A stretch of DNA of 64,000 nt from the human T2T-CHM13v2.0 reference genome, Homo sapiens. Below are positions 13,899 to 26,395 of the stretch, in pieces. The notes under the pieces are model-generated. The model had not been told where the DNA came from. It ran no database searches and worked only from the letters and a program-made list of their open reading frames with translations. The translations under genes were made by a program, and so were the position numbers. How positions within the stretch are numbered: position 1 is the first letter of the stretch; each line of letters starts with the position of its first letter. The DNA is taken from the NCBI RefSeq assembly GCF_009914755.1, contig NC_060930.1; one strand, 5' to 3'.

Positions 13899-14876
13899 CT
13901 ACCATCAGAGTGAACAGGCAACCTACAGAATGGGAGAAAATTTTTGCACTCTACCCATCTGACAAAGGGCTAATATCCAGAATCTACAAAGAACTTAAAC
14001 AAATTTACAAGAAAAAATCAAACAACCACAAAAAGTGGGCAAAGGATATGAAAAGACACTTCTCAAAGGAAGACATTTATGCAGCCAAAAGACACATGAA
14101 AAAATGCTCATCATCACTGGTCATCAAAGAAATGCAAATCAAAACCACAATGAGATACCATCTCACACCATTTAGAATGGCGATCATTAAAAAGTCAGGA
14201 AACAACAGGTGCTGGAGAGGATGTGGAGAAATAGGAAAGCTTTTACACTGTTGGTGGGACTGTAAACTAGTTCAACCATTGTGGAAGACAGTGTGGCGAT
14301 TCCTCAAGGATCTAGAACTAGAAATACCATTTGACCCAGCAATCCCATTACTGGGTATATACCCAAAGGATTATAAATCATGCTACTATAAAGACACATG
14401 CACACATACGTTTATTGCGGCACTATTCACAAGAGCAAAGAATTGGAACCAAGCCAAATGTCCATCAATGATAGACTGGATTAAGAAAATGTGGCACATA
14501 TACACCATGGAATACTATGCAGCCATAAAAAAGGATGAGTTCATGTCCTTTGCAGGGACATGGATCAAGCTGGAAACCATCATTCTCAGCAAACTATCAC
14601 AAGGACAGAAAACCAAACACCGCATGTTCTCATTCATAGGTGGGAATTGAACAATGAGAACACTTGGACACAGTGTGGGGAACATCACACACTAGGGCCT
14701 GTTGTGGGATGGGGGAGGGGGGAGGGATATCATTAGGAGAAATACCTAATGTAAATGACAAGTTAATGGGTGCAGCAAACCAACACGGCACATGTATACG
14801 TATGTAACAAACCTGCATGTTGTGCACATGTACCCTAGAACTTAAAGTATAATTTTAAAAACATAGAAACAAATAA
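13899..14876 (+). mobile_element. 5'-truncated L1PA (PA5-PA7-like)
   Basis: ORF 13910-14650 is the L1 ORF2p C-terminus ([15 protein letters not shown]..); G-rich 3'UTR and A tail; 16-bp TSD ATTCTCAGATGTTTCC at 13883-13898 and 14877-14892. Confidence 0.96.
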
Positions 14877-15187
14877 ATTCTCAGATGTTTCCTCTTGCTA
14901 TCTAGAGCCAGGGTTGAGGCAGGCAGATTTCCTTTCTATTCTTGTGTGGGGAAAGGGACTTGAAGAAATTCCTGGTGTAAATAGTCACTGACAAGATATC
15001 CTTTGGGATATAAGGTGATTTATAAGAGAGTCTCTGATCTGACTTCCCATGTTCCCCTAGACTTTGTCTCATGTTTGCTATGCAGATGTCAAAATCAACT
15101 CTCTGGGTCACTTGAGGGTAGATATCCATCTCTGGGGGAGTCTTCAGTTCACGCACTCACTTATCTCCCTGGATTCATGCTTCCCTA

Positions 15188-15219
15188 TTTGTTTGTTTGT
15201 TTGTTTGTTTGTTTGTTTG
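15188..15219. repeat. (TTTG)n microsatellite
   Basis: About 8 tandem TTTG units read directly. Confidence 0.9.
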
Positions 15220-15321
15220 ATCTCTTACTTTCCTGCAAAGGTAGTGATGCATTTTTAAAGATTTGTTAAAATATTTATTCAGCATTTTTCGGTGCTTCAA
15301 AGATAGGTCTTTAGGATATAA

Positions 15322-15677
<356 letters not shown>

Positions 15678-15684
15678 TAAACTC

Positions 15685-16165
15685 AATGGTAGCCAGTCTT
15701 TGAGATGGCCCCCAGTGGTTTTCTTGTATAATTCCTTTCCACATTGAATCAAGAAAGATCAGAGTGGCCAATAAAATACAGCAGAAGTGACGGTGGGTCA
15801 GAGACTAAGCTATAAATGCCACTGATCATCCTGTTTACTCATTTCTGTATCATTCCGGGAGAAGCCAAATATCATGTTGCAAGAACACTCACCTATGGAG
15901 AGATCCAGGATTCGAGGAGCTGACACTCACTGTGGCCACATGAGTTAGCTTGGAAGCAGATTATTCAGTCAGGCAAAGCTGCAGAGGACACAGTTCAGGC
16001 CAGTATCTTGTTTGCAACCTCATGAGAGAGCTTGAGCCAGACCTACCTAGCTACATGGCTCCTGAACTCCTGACTCTGAGAAACTATGTGAAATAGGAAA
16101 TGTTTGTTTTTCAAAGCTGCTAAGTTTGGGAAAATTTTTTGCACAGCAATAGATATCAAATATAA
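15685..16165 (+). mobile_element. MLT1 (E/F-like) MaLR solo LTR
   Basis: AGATGGCCCCCAGTG start; GCAACCTCATGAGAGA..TGAGCCAGA; AAGCTGCTAAGTTTGGG...CAGCAATAGAT end. Confidence 0.75.
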
Positions 16166-16851
16166 ACTGTTTCTGCCATACCTGTAATTCCAAAAGTTTT
16201 AGAAATGTTTTATGACAATATGTCTAGAAATTTCTTATTAAATTGAATACTTATTATATCAATGGGTAAATATATTAATACTTAACCACACATTCTCTTC
16301 TATAACTGACTACCCCTCTTTAGAAAGCAGTCCTGGGGTACATGAGACATGAGATGGGTAAATTCTGCTGAAGAGAGTATTGTGGGTCTGGAGTAAGGAC
16401 TGCACTTAAAAGGGGCCTGTTGTGAATGGGGACCATGAAGCCATGGAGTGAACAGAGTCACTGAGGTGGTGCCTCCTTCTATACCTTTGTATACATTGCT
16501 TCCTCCCCTTGTGATCCTTCTGGTCCTCTCTGTTTTTCTTCACTCAAGTCTCACCTTCTCAGAACAACCTTCTCCAACTACACCAGCAAAGAGTGATTGT
16601 TTGTTCCTGCTTGTGAACTCACATAGTGCTCACTCACTGTCCACACTCAAGCAGCACAGAGCATGTCCTGTCTCTTCCAAGGTTAGATTAGAAATGTCTA
16701 TGCATCTATGTAGCCTACATCCTAGTACCAGGCAAACAATTTTGCATATAGTAGCTGCTCTATGCAATGGTGATGATGAAGGTCAACTTCGGGAATGGTT
16801 TGCCTCCTATTACTACTTAGATTGGAGCCTAAAATACTATGGTTAACCTTC

Positions 16852-17393
16852 TATATTAGTCAGGGTTCCTTAGAGGGGCAGAACTAATAGGATTGATGTA
16901 TATATGAAGGGGAGTTTATTAAGGAATATTGACTCACACGATCACAGGCGAAGTCCCACAGTCTGCAAACTGAGGAGCAAGGAAGCCTGTCCAAGTCCCA
17001 AAACCTCAAAAGTAGGGAAGCCAACAGTGCAATATTCAGTCTGTGGCCAAAGGCCTAAGAGTCCTTGGCAAATCACTGGTGTAAGTCCAAGAATCCAAAA
17101 GCTGAAGAACTTGGAGTCTAATGTGCAAGGGCAGGAAGCATCCATCACGGAAGAAAGATGAAGGCCAAAAGACTCAGCAAGTCTGCTCATTTCACTTTCT
17201 TCTGCCTGCTTTTATTCTGGCCACACTAGCAGCTGATTAGATGGTGCCCACCCAGATTGAGGGTAGGTCTGCCTCTGCCAGTCCACTGACTCAAATGTTA
17301 ATCTCCTTTGGCAACACCCTCACAGACACACCTAGAAACAATATTTTGCGTGCTTCAATCCAATCAAGTTGACACTCAATATTAACCATCACA
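16852..17393 (-). repeat. 3' LTR, MLT2A2-like
   Basis: Minus strand starts TGTGATGGTTAATATTGAGTGTCAACTTGATTGGATTGAAG; purine tract (plus strand AATCCACCCCTT) adjacent at 17394-17405. Confidence 0.93.
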
Positions 17394-17779
17394 AATCCAC
17401 CCCTTGTCAACTTGAACCCATATACATCTCCTGAAATCATACATAATCTTCAAATAAAGACAATAATAGGGTTATAATCATACCTGACATAAGACAGCTA
17501 TCCTTTCTACAACCAGAAGTGCACTAATCCTTAACCTAAATGTTATTACATAAAGTTAATAACCCTTAAATTCTGATTTGAAGTGAACAAATCTTATGTC
17601 ACATGATAAAAGGAAAAAGAGAGGAAGTAAAGTGAAGATATTTTCTTAGGACAAGTGTATACATGCACAAATATATTCTTAACAAAATAAAGAGGAAATA
17701 TTTATGACAATTACAGTCCTCGTTTCTACAACTGGTCACATGGTTGTAGCTGGTATTAATGACTACCTTCTTCTACTAC

Positions 17780-18330
17780 TCATTCTGTATTTCCTTTGCT
17801 TTCAGCAAGCACCTCAGCAGGATTTTTACCTGGTGGAGTGACCCAAACCCTCATTCCTGAAGGGTCTTGGCCATTAGCAGCCCTGCCTGGATTGGGTTGT
17901 AGTAGTTTCCCATTGACCTTAATCACAGGGCATGGTAATGCTAAGAGATGCCCTAATGGATCTCCTGTATTCCATGCATACTCTTTCTTACCTCCAATGT
18001 GGAGTAGTAGACTGATTTCATATTGATAGTCTGGGTCAATCACCCCAGCCAACACTAACTCCATTCTTAGCCTGTTGGCTTAGAGATAAGAGAAGCCCAA
18101 AGTGGCCAGGTGGCAATCTTAACTTCCAGTTGGGGGGAATCACTGTTGTGTCTCCTGGTGGCAGCATTCCTCCCTCTGGAACTAAGACCTCTAGGCCAGC
18201 AGAACGTAATGTCAGGGGAACAGGAAGCAAAAATTTTACTAGCAGGTCACCAGGGGTGATGAAGAGTGGTGCTACTTCCACTTTTCCCCCTTGATTCCTG
18301 GACCTGTGAATCCTGGCTATGGTGGAAACA
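17780..18330 (-). pseudogene. HERV-L dUTPase remnant (frameshifted)
   Basis: LPPGDTTVIPPNWKLRLPPGHFGLL and LAGVIDPDYQ dUTPase motifs in ORFs 18036-18398 and 17780-18064. Confidence 0.88.
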
Positions 18331-18399
18331 TACCATATATTGGATGCTGATTCATAGCATACACAATCTTCTGGAAAACTTTGCCCCAGTCTTGCCAAG

Positions 18400-20630
18400 T
18401 ATTGTCACCTAGTTGGCATTGTAATTGTGACTTCAAAAGACCATTTCACCATTCTATCAATCCAGTTGCTTCAGGATAATAGGGAACATGGTAAGACCAG
18501 TGAATTCCATGAGCATGAGCCCACTGCTGCACTTCTTTAGCTGTAAAGTGAGAGCCCTGGTCAGAGGCAATGCTGTGAGGAATACCGTGACGGTGAATAA
18601 GGCATGCTGTGAGGCTATGGATGGTAGTCTTGGCAGAAGCATTGCATGTAGGATAGGCAAACCCATATGCAGAGTAAGTGTCTATTCTGGTGAGGACAAA
18701 TTGCTGCCCTTTCCATGATGGAAGAGGTCCAACATAATCAACCTGCCACCAAGTAGCTGGCTGGTCACCCCAGGGGAATTGTGCCATATCGAGAGCACCA
18801 TTCTCTCTCTGCTGCTGGCAAATTGGGCACTCAGCAGTGGCCGTAGCCAGGTCAGCTTTGGTGAGTGGAAGTCCATGTTGCTGAGCCCATGTGTAACCTC
18901 CATTCCTGCCACCATGGCCACTTTGTTCATGAGCCCGTTGGGGAATAATAGGGGTGGCTGATGAAAAAGGCTAAGTGATATCTGTAGAACTAGTCATCCT
19001 ATCCACTTGATAATATAAATGTTCCTCTGTTGAAGTCACCCTTCAGTGAGCATTCACATGAGATTCAAATATCTTCACAGTTTTTGACTACTCAGAGAGG
19101 TCCATCCACATGCCTCTTCCCCAAATTTCATTATCACCAATTTACCAATCATGCTGCTTTCAAGTCCCTGACCATCCAGCCAAACTATTGGCTACAGCCC
19201 ATGCATCAGTATATCATTGCACATCTGGCCATTTCTCCTTCCATGAAAAGTGCACAACCAGGTTCACTGCTTGAAGTTCTGCCCACTGGGAAGATTTCCC
19301 TTCACCACTGTCCTTCAAGGATGTCCTAGAAAGGGGCTGTAGCACTGCAGCTGTCCACTTTTGGGTGGTACCTGCATATTGTGCAGAACCATCTGTAAAC
19401 CAGGCCCTTGTCTTATCTTCCTCTGTCAACTGATCATAGGGAACTCCTCATGAGGTCATCAGTGCAGGCTGAGGGAGGATAGGCAGGGTGGCAGTTCAGG
19501 TTGCATGGTGACTTGATGACCCATAGTCAAATGTTCAGTTTCCAACAAAGCCCAGTAACAGGCCAAAAGGAGAGTAGTTATCTGCAGAAGATGGCAGGGT
19601 CTTGCTCCAAAACCCTAAAGGCCTCCGCTGTGATTCACCTATGGGGGCCTGCCAAAGGCTTCCAACAGCATCCCTATCTGCCACTGACGCCTCAAGCACC
19701 ATTGGATCTGCTGGGTCATATGGCCTGAGTGGCAGAGCAGCTTGCCCAGCAGCCTGGACCTGTTGCAGAGCTTTCCACTCTTCTGGACCCAACTCAAAAC
19801 TGGCTGCCTTTCAGGTCATTCGATAAATGGGCTGGAGTAACACACCCAAATGAGGAATGAGTTGCTTCCAAAATCCAAATAGGCCCACTAGGCATTGTGC
19901 CTCTTTCTTGGTTGTAGGAAGGGCCAAATGCAGCAACTTATTCTTCACCTTAGAAGGAATATCTTGAGAGGCCCCACACCACTGGACCCCTAGAAATTTT
20001 ACTAAACTAGAAGTTCCCTGAATTTTAGTCAAATTTATTTCCCATCCTTTGGCACACAAACGTCTCACCAATAAGTCCAGTGTGTTTGCTACTTCTTGCT
20101 CACTGGATCCAATCAGCATAATGTCATCAACGTAATGGACCAGTGTGATATCTTGTGGAAGGGAAAAGCAAACAAGATTTCTCTGAACAAGATTATGAAA
20201 CAAAGCTAGAGAGGAGATATACACCTGAGGTAGGAGAGTGAGGGTATATTGCTGGCCTTGCCAGTGGAAGGCGAATTGCTTCTAGTGGGCTTTATGAACA
20301 GAATGGAGAGAAAGGCATTTGCCAAATCAATGGCTGCATACCAGGTACCAGGAGATGTGTTAATTTTTTCAAGCAATGAAACCACATCTGGTACAGCAGC
20401 TGTAACTGGAATCATCACTTGGTTAAGCTTATGATAATCCACTGTCATTTTCCAAGATCCATCTGCACAGGCCAAATAGGAGAGCTGACAGAGATGTGGT
20501 GAAAATCACCACCCCTGCAATCCCTGTAATCCTGCCAGGGATGCAACATTGTTTTTGATTTACTATGTTTCTAGATAGGGGCAGCTTTAAAGGTTTCCAT
20601 TTGGCCTTTCCCATCATAGAAACCCTCACC
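18400..20630 (-). pseudogene. pol: HERV-L pol remnant (RT, RNase H, integrase), broken by stops and frameshifts
   Basis: WKMTVDYHKLN, AIDLANAF, HYVDDIML (RT); WFTDGSA, SSQWAEL (RNase H); WQVDYVGPLP, IASDQGSHFT (integrase). Confidence 0.93.
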
Positions 20631-20639
20631 CTACCAGTC

Positions 20640-20930
20640 AGGAAGCCACTGTGGTGATTCTACCAGCTGCTGAGTACATCTATGCCAATTATGCATTCTG
20701 GCACTGGGGAAATGACCACAGGATGAATCCAGGGACACAATGGACCCACTGTAAGTCAGACTTGAGTTAAAACTCCATTAATTACCTGACCTTCATAAGC
20801 CCTTACTTTAACTGGAGGACTACAGTGATGTTTTGGGTCCTCTGGAATCAACGTCGGCTCAGTCCAGTAGCCCCTGAAAAGTATGGTCATTCCCCTTTCT
20901 CCAATGCAGTTACCCCGGTGAAAGGCCAGA
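20640..20930 (-). pseudogene. pro: HERV-L protease remnant; catalytic DTG codons apparently deleted
   Basis: Minus strand reads CTACTGGAC-TGAGCCGACGTTGATTCCA near 20861, versus recalled LLDTGSELTLIP. Confidence 0.65.
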
Positions 20931-20939
20931 GGTCTCCTT

Positions 20940-22770
20940 GGGGAAGGATGGGAGAAAGATTAACAGCATAAATTGTTAGTAGTGTAGCAAGGTCCTTCCT
21001 TAAGGGGACCCAGCCTCCCCTTCATTCAAGGGGTTCTGGGTCTGTAAACTTGTTTGAGTCTGGAAATTGATTGGGGGGCTGTGATTCTCTACTTTTACAG
21101 TTCAAATTAGTCTTTTGTCCACTCAATCTGGGAGGTTTCCACTTATACAATTTTTACTTATACATTATGTAAAAATGCAGTAGGCTTCCTATCAATTTCA
21201 CTTCTAGAAACACTGTGATCAACTAGCCAATGCCAGATTTCTACACAAGTCAGAGTATGCTGATTGCTGCTTTACCTCCATGTCCATTACAGTAACCATG
21301 CCCACCCTGCCTTTGACAGTTGAGTGACGCCACTTAGTCCCTGCCACCTTGGGATCCAATTATTTCCATTGCATTTAAATTTTCTAATTGATTGATTGCA
21401 GTTCCCACTGTAAGATCTGGCATACAGAAAAGAGCAATCACAGACCTCTTCAAGGATGCAGGTGCTCCCCTCACGAATCTATTTTGCAAAGTATTGGTGA
21501 AGGGTATATCTTCTGGACCCTCCCAGCTGGGATGAGTAGGTTTAAAGTGATTAATCCACGCTAGCATTCCAATCTCCCTAAGCCTTTGGATCCCTTCCTC
21601 TACATTAAACCAAGGGAGATCAGGCATTTCCAGCTCACTCACATTGGGCCAGCTTTTAATCCATATTTCAGCTAACCAAGAAATAAACTATTAGAACCTT
21701 TTTTAACTCCCTGAACTGCAACATTAAAGCAGTTAGTTTAGTGGGCCCATGTCAATAAATTCAGCCTGATTCAACTTTACATTCCTTCCACCATTATCCC
21801 ACATCCTTAATATCCATTCTCATAACTCTTCTCCAAATTTCTGCTTATATAAATTAGACAACTCAAGCAGTTCTTTTGGAGTGTAATGCACCTCCTTGTG
21901 GGTCACACTTTGAACCTCACCTCTAGGGGCCCCCTGGGACTAGAGCGTAGTTATAGGTCTAGAAGCAAACAGGGTTGTTGGGGGTGAGTCATGAAGTGAA
22001 TCAACATTGTCTTGCCTGGCGACTGTCTCAAGGGAGGCCATCCACTGATGCCTCAGGCAGTGCATGGTTAATCTCCTCAGAAAAGGTGGAAAGGCTGATG
22101 GCAGCCTGGGTGGGGGAGAGGATGTTGCCACCACTGGGGGTAGAGGGTAGAGAAGCTATTTCCTCTGGCAAATAAGGCTCATCACAGTTTACAAGCTCAG
22201 TGTCTCCATCTTCATCAGGGTCCTCCCACATGCCCCCATTTCAAGTTGCAGGATCTTATTCTTTTCCAATCAATGCCTTCACTTTAACAATAGACACCTG
22301 GGAAGATTGAGCATGCATTTTTCGTTGCTGGTCAGCCACTCACATGATAAGACCTTGTGTCTGATTTTCCACAATTTCAGCCCTTTGTCTACAGGAGATA
22401 AGACTCTCACTCAGAGCGGTCTTAGAAAACTTGAGGCTCAGTATCTGCTTCTGAAGCCAGGAGTTAGAATCCCTGAGCTCATCCTTTTCTTTTGTCACCT
22501 TGTCCAGCAAACTTAGGAGCAACAACCAACTTCATTATATTCCTTGGTTCTCCACTTACGGTCAAAGGTATTATGTATGGAATCACTAAACTCCTTGCCT
22601 CTCAAGAGCAGTGAATCAGGAATATCAAATGCATTTATTTTGCATAACTCTGTGAACAGTTTACGCCAAGGACGTTCAATGTTCTCCATACTATTAGAAG
22701 TAGAGTTCTTAGCATTTTGGAGTCTAATCATATAATATTAAGCATAATGAGCAACTCCAGAAGCTTCAAA
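20940..22770 (-). pseudogene. gag: HERV-L gag remnant
   Basis: PWRKLFTELCKINAFD and ELEMPDLPWFNVEEGIQRLREIGML in ORFs 22513-22731 and 21334-21642; edges approximate. Confidence 0.85.
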
Positions 22771-22809
22771 ACCAATTAAAGACATCCATTTAAAAAATTC
22801 TGTTCCTCT

Positions 22810-22828
22810 AAAATCACTCCTGGTACCA
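22810..22828 (-). promoter_or_regulatory. Primer-binding site (tRNA-Leu type)
   Basis: Minus strand TGGTACCAGGAGTGATTT immediately after the 5' LTR. Confidence 0.75.
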
Positions 22829-22833
22829 AAATC

Positions 22834-23369
22834 TGTATTAGTCAGGGTTTCAAGGGACAGAACTAATAGGATAGATGTATATATGCAGGGGAGTTTATTA
22901 AGGATTATTGACTCACATGATCACAGAGTGAAGTCCCACAATAGGCCATCTGCAAGCCGAGGAGCCAGTCAAGTCCAAAACCTCAAAAGTAAGGAAGCCG
23001 ACAGTGTAGCCTTCAGTCCGTGGCTGAAGGCTCAAGAGTCCTTGGCAAATCACTGGTGTAGGTCCAAGAGTTCACAAGCTGAAGAACTTGGAGCCTAATG
23101 TGTGAGGGCAGGAAGCATCCAGCACGGAAGAAAGATGAAGGCCGGAAGACTTAGCAAGTCTGCTCATTTCACTTTCTTTTGCTGCTTTATTCTAGCTGTG
23201 CTGGCAGCTAGATTAGATGTGCTGATTAGATGGTGCCCACCCATATTGACAGTGGGTCTGCCTCTCCCAGCTCACTGACTCAAATGCTAATCTCCTTCAG
23301 CAACACCTTAGGAACAATACATTGCTTCCTTCAATCCAATCAAGTTGACACTCAGTATTAACCATCACA
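22834..23369 (-). repeat. 5' LTR, MLT2A2-like
   Basis: TG...CA termini; colinear with 16852-17393. Confidence 0.93.
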
Positions 23370-24775
23370 CCTTCTAATACTTAATCATCTCATTGGTGAA
23401 AAGGGGATGCACCTAGAGCAGGGTAGATAAGAATCTCTCCCCGTGTTTTGTTATAAAGTATGTACACTCAACAAGGGGACCCAGCTGAGGTGGGGCATCG
23501 ATGGCTGAAGTCCAGACACCATTCTCCTTCCCAAATCTTGTGTCAGCTCAAAAGAAGGGACACATCTTTGTAATTCATTCACCAAGAGGGTACTCACATA
23601 ACACACGCTAGGCTGTGAAGTGCTCAGGGCCCTTCTGGTATGCACTTCACGGCCTGGAGTGGCACAGTTCTGTCACCTGCAACCTGCCCTAAAACCAGCT
23701 CCTGGACTCTGCTGTTAGGAGCCATGGGAGCATCAAGGAATTGTCAAAGAAGCCCAGGTAGGAAGCTGGTTCCATTCCTTAATCACATGTTGAAGAAGTG
23801 GGTGCTAATGCTTCTCTATGTGACCGATTGAACCTGACCATATAACCTTGATTAGATATTGTTTTCCTGGCCAACATTCCTACAAGTTGCCACATTGCTA
23901 TCTTTCCAACTCCTGTTCATTCTGTCATTTTGTGTGTTTAATGCACATTGTTTCCTGGTTAAACCAGTTTTCAGTGTTGATATTTAATACATTTACCTTT
24001 AAAAAAAAAACCTACAGGGAGTTTCCATTTGTACGATGAAAAGTCAAACAAATAGGACCCATAACTGCCACTCAAATGATAACATGGCCCTTTTGTTAAG
24101 ACGTACAATAGCATAGGCCTTCTTTTTCATCTTCTTTCTAAAGTCTTCCTGCACCCTCTCAGCAACTTCTCATAACCAAGAGAAGATACTTATAGTTACT
24201 TAGATTACCATGGTATGCTCTTGATCATTTACAGTAACTTAAAACCTATCTTTAACCTATAACCAAATTTCTATACCACTCTAACTTGTGAGAAGATGAC
24301 ACACATTCTTAAAATTATCAAATCCTTTATTATGTCTTCCCACAACAAGAAAAATACTACCACTACAAAAACCCAAGTTAGCATCATATGCCTTTGTCTA
24401 GGATCACCTATGTTTCCTCTTGGCATTTTATCCCACAATTTTCCAAATGTTTCCAAAAACATTACTGTCTCCCTGACTCCTGTTCATTTGGTCATACATT
24501 CACTTTTGACCAAATGGTCAGTTGTTCATAATAGTTTTAACCACATGATAAATAATGGTTTGATACAAGGTATAAAAATCAGAGATCAGGGTCTCATGTT
24601 CCCTCTGCAGCCCTGAATGCCTGAGACTCTAATAACTTAATTATTCTTCAAGGGCTTGGAGATAGTTTGCTTCTGTCTTCCAGTCTTCATTGTTTTCATT
24701 GTTATTTTTCCACCTCAGATGTTGTTTTTCTTCATCCATGTCAGCAGTATGTAGAGACGATGTTGGAGGTTTCTT

Positions 24776-25415
24776 TTTTGTTTTTTCAACATTTATTTTA
24801 GATTCAGTGGGCAAATGTGCAGGTTTGTTGCCTGGGTATATTGCCTGCTGCTGAAGTTTGAGTACAAATAATCCTATCACCCAGGTACTGAGTGTAGTAC
24901 TCAACAGTTAGTTTTCAATACTTGTCCCCCTCCTTCCCTACTCTAGTAGTCCCCCTATTGTTGCCATCTTTATGTTCCCAATGTTTTGAGTACCTGATGT
25001 TTAACTCCTACTTATAAGTGAGAACATGCAGTATTTGGTTTTCTATTCTTGCATTAATTCACTTAGAATAATGACCTGTAGCTGCGTCCATGTTGCTGCA
25101 AAGGACATGATTCCATTCTTTTTCATTTCTTTTTTTAAATCTTGGATATTTTAAATTTATTCTCTGGTTGAATCATACTTTTTTTATGGCTGCAACATTC
25201 CATGGTGTATAAGTACCATGTTTTTTTATCCAGTCCACAATTGATGGGCATCTAGATTGATTCCACGTCTTGGCTACTTGTGAATAGTGCTGTGAGGAAC
25301 ATGCGAGGGCATGCGTCCTTTTGATAGAATGATTTGTTTTCTTTTGGATATATACTCAGTAATGGGATTGCTGGGTCAAATGGTAATTCTGTTTTAAGTT
25401 CTTTAAGGAATATTC
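24776..25415 (-). mobile_element. 5'-truncated old L1PA (PA16-like)
   Basis: Antisense 3'UTR TGTGCAGGTTTGTT..ATCACCCAGGTACTGAG; TSD GAGGTTTCTT at 24766-24775 and 25416-25425. Confidence 0.88.
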
Positions 25416-25569
25416 GAGGTTTCTTATGGGCTGTAATTAAAAGAGAATCAGGGAAGTCTTCCTAAAATATAGACACCAGCAAGTACCACAAGCCTGAAAT
25501 CTCCAGTGAATGAACCCTCCTTGGGTTTAGGTGTTGCCTTTCTCTAGGATCACTTATTTTTCCTCTTGA

Positions 25570-25870
25570 CATTTTATTACACAATTTTTCAAACATACAG
25601 GAATGTTGAAAGATGTGTGGAGTGGACACCTCTAACCGCAGGTTCTACGATGGGCATTTTTGCTGCATTTATTATGTAACTAAGCATCTATCCCTTCATC
25701 AATACATCATATTTTTATGCATGTCAGAGCAAATTTCAGACATCATTATGCTTCACCCCCAAATTCTGCAGCATGTGTATTATTAACTAGAGCTTAATAT
25801 TTGTTCATGGCTCCTTTTTTTAAAAATGTTTTATTTACATACAAAGAAATGCACAGATCTTGAGTAAACC
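25570..25870 (-). mobile_element. L1MD/ME-like 3' end fragment
   Basis: TTTCAAACATACAG...ATTAACTAGAG..AATATTTGTT..GAAATGCACAGATCTT. Confidence 0.6.
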
Positions 25871-26169
25871 AATGGGTCTTACTTTGGATCATCTTTTAAG
25901 GTACAAATATTACCCCTGGAATAACTCCTGAAGTCTTTCATGCCTGAGCATGAATTGGACTTACTTGTTAGCTTTTTTCTTCATGTGGAAAAACCCATGA
26001 CAGGATGGAAATACATAGAAAAAAAAGCAAATGGACAGATATGTATTTCCTTGTCTCAGTGAACCTAAATTGCTATTCTCTTTTCAAGTTAGTAGCCCTT
26101 AACTGTGGAATACATTTCTAGTTACCTACAATATTACTGTGAAAATCAATACATCTAGGAAACATCATT

Positions 26170-26395
26170 TTCACTAGCACTTATAAGGATCTTCTCTGTG
26201 CTAAGGTACTGAACTGATTTCTTTTTAAGCATATATTCAATCTTCACAACAGTCATGAGGTATATGTTATTATTATTATTATTTTAGAAATGTAGAGAGG
26301 AAGGTTCAGAGAAGTCAAACAACTTTCTCAACATCACACTGCTCACAAGTGGTACAGTAGAAACTCAGAACTAAGCAAGTCTGATTCCCAACCCC
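26170..26395 (-). mobile_element. MIR
   Basis: ATCTTCACAACAG...GGTTCAGAGAAGTCAAACAACT..AGTCTGATTCC. Confidence 0.7.

Larger units (their letters stand above)
16852..23369 (-). mobile_element. Full-length HERV-L provirus (LTR-gag-pro-pol-dUTPase-LTR, no env), decayed
   Basis: Two homologous LTRs; perfect 5-bp TSD CCTTC at 16847-16851 and 23370-23374; PBS; PPT; retroviral ORF remnants. Confidence 0.97.

Noticed and set aside
13910-14650. Uninterrupted 246-codon L1 ORF2 C-terminus as a domesticated gene
   Set aside because: Expected for a young L1 fragment; non-ATG start, no promoter, lacks EN and RT
18930-19070. HERV-L segment that seems more diverged than its neighbours (APOBEC hypermutation?)
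   Set aside because: Depends on a remembered consensus, and the apparent changes are not G-to-A on the viral sense strand
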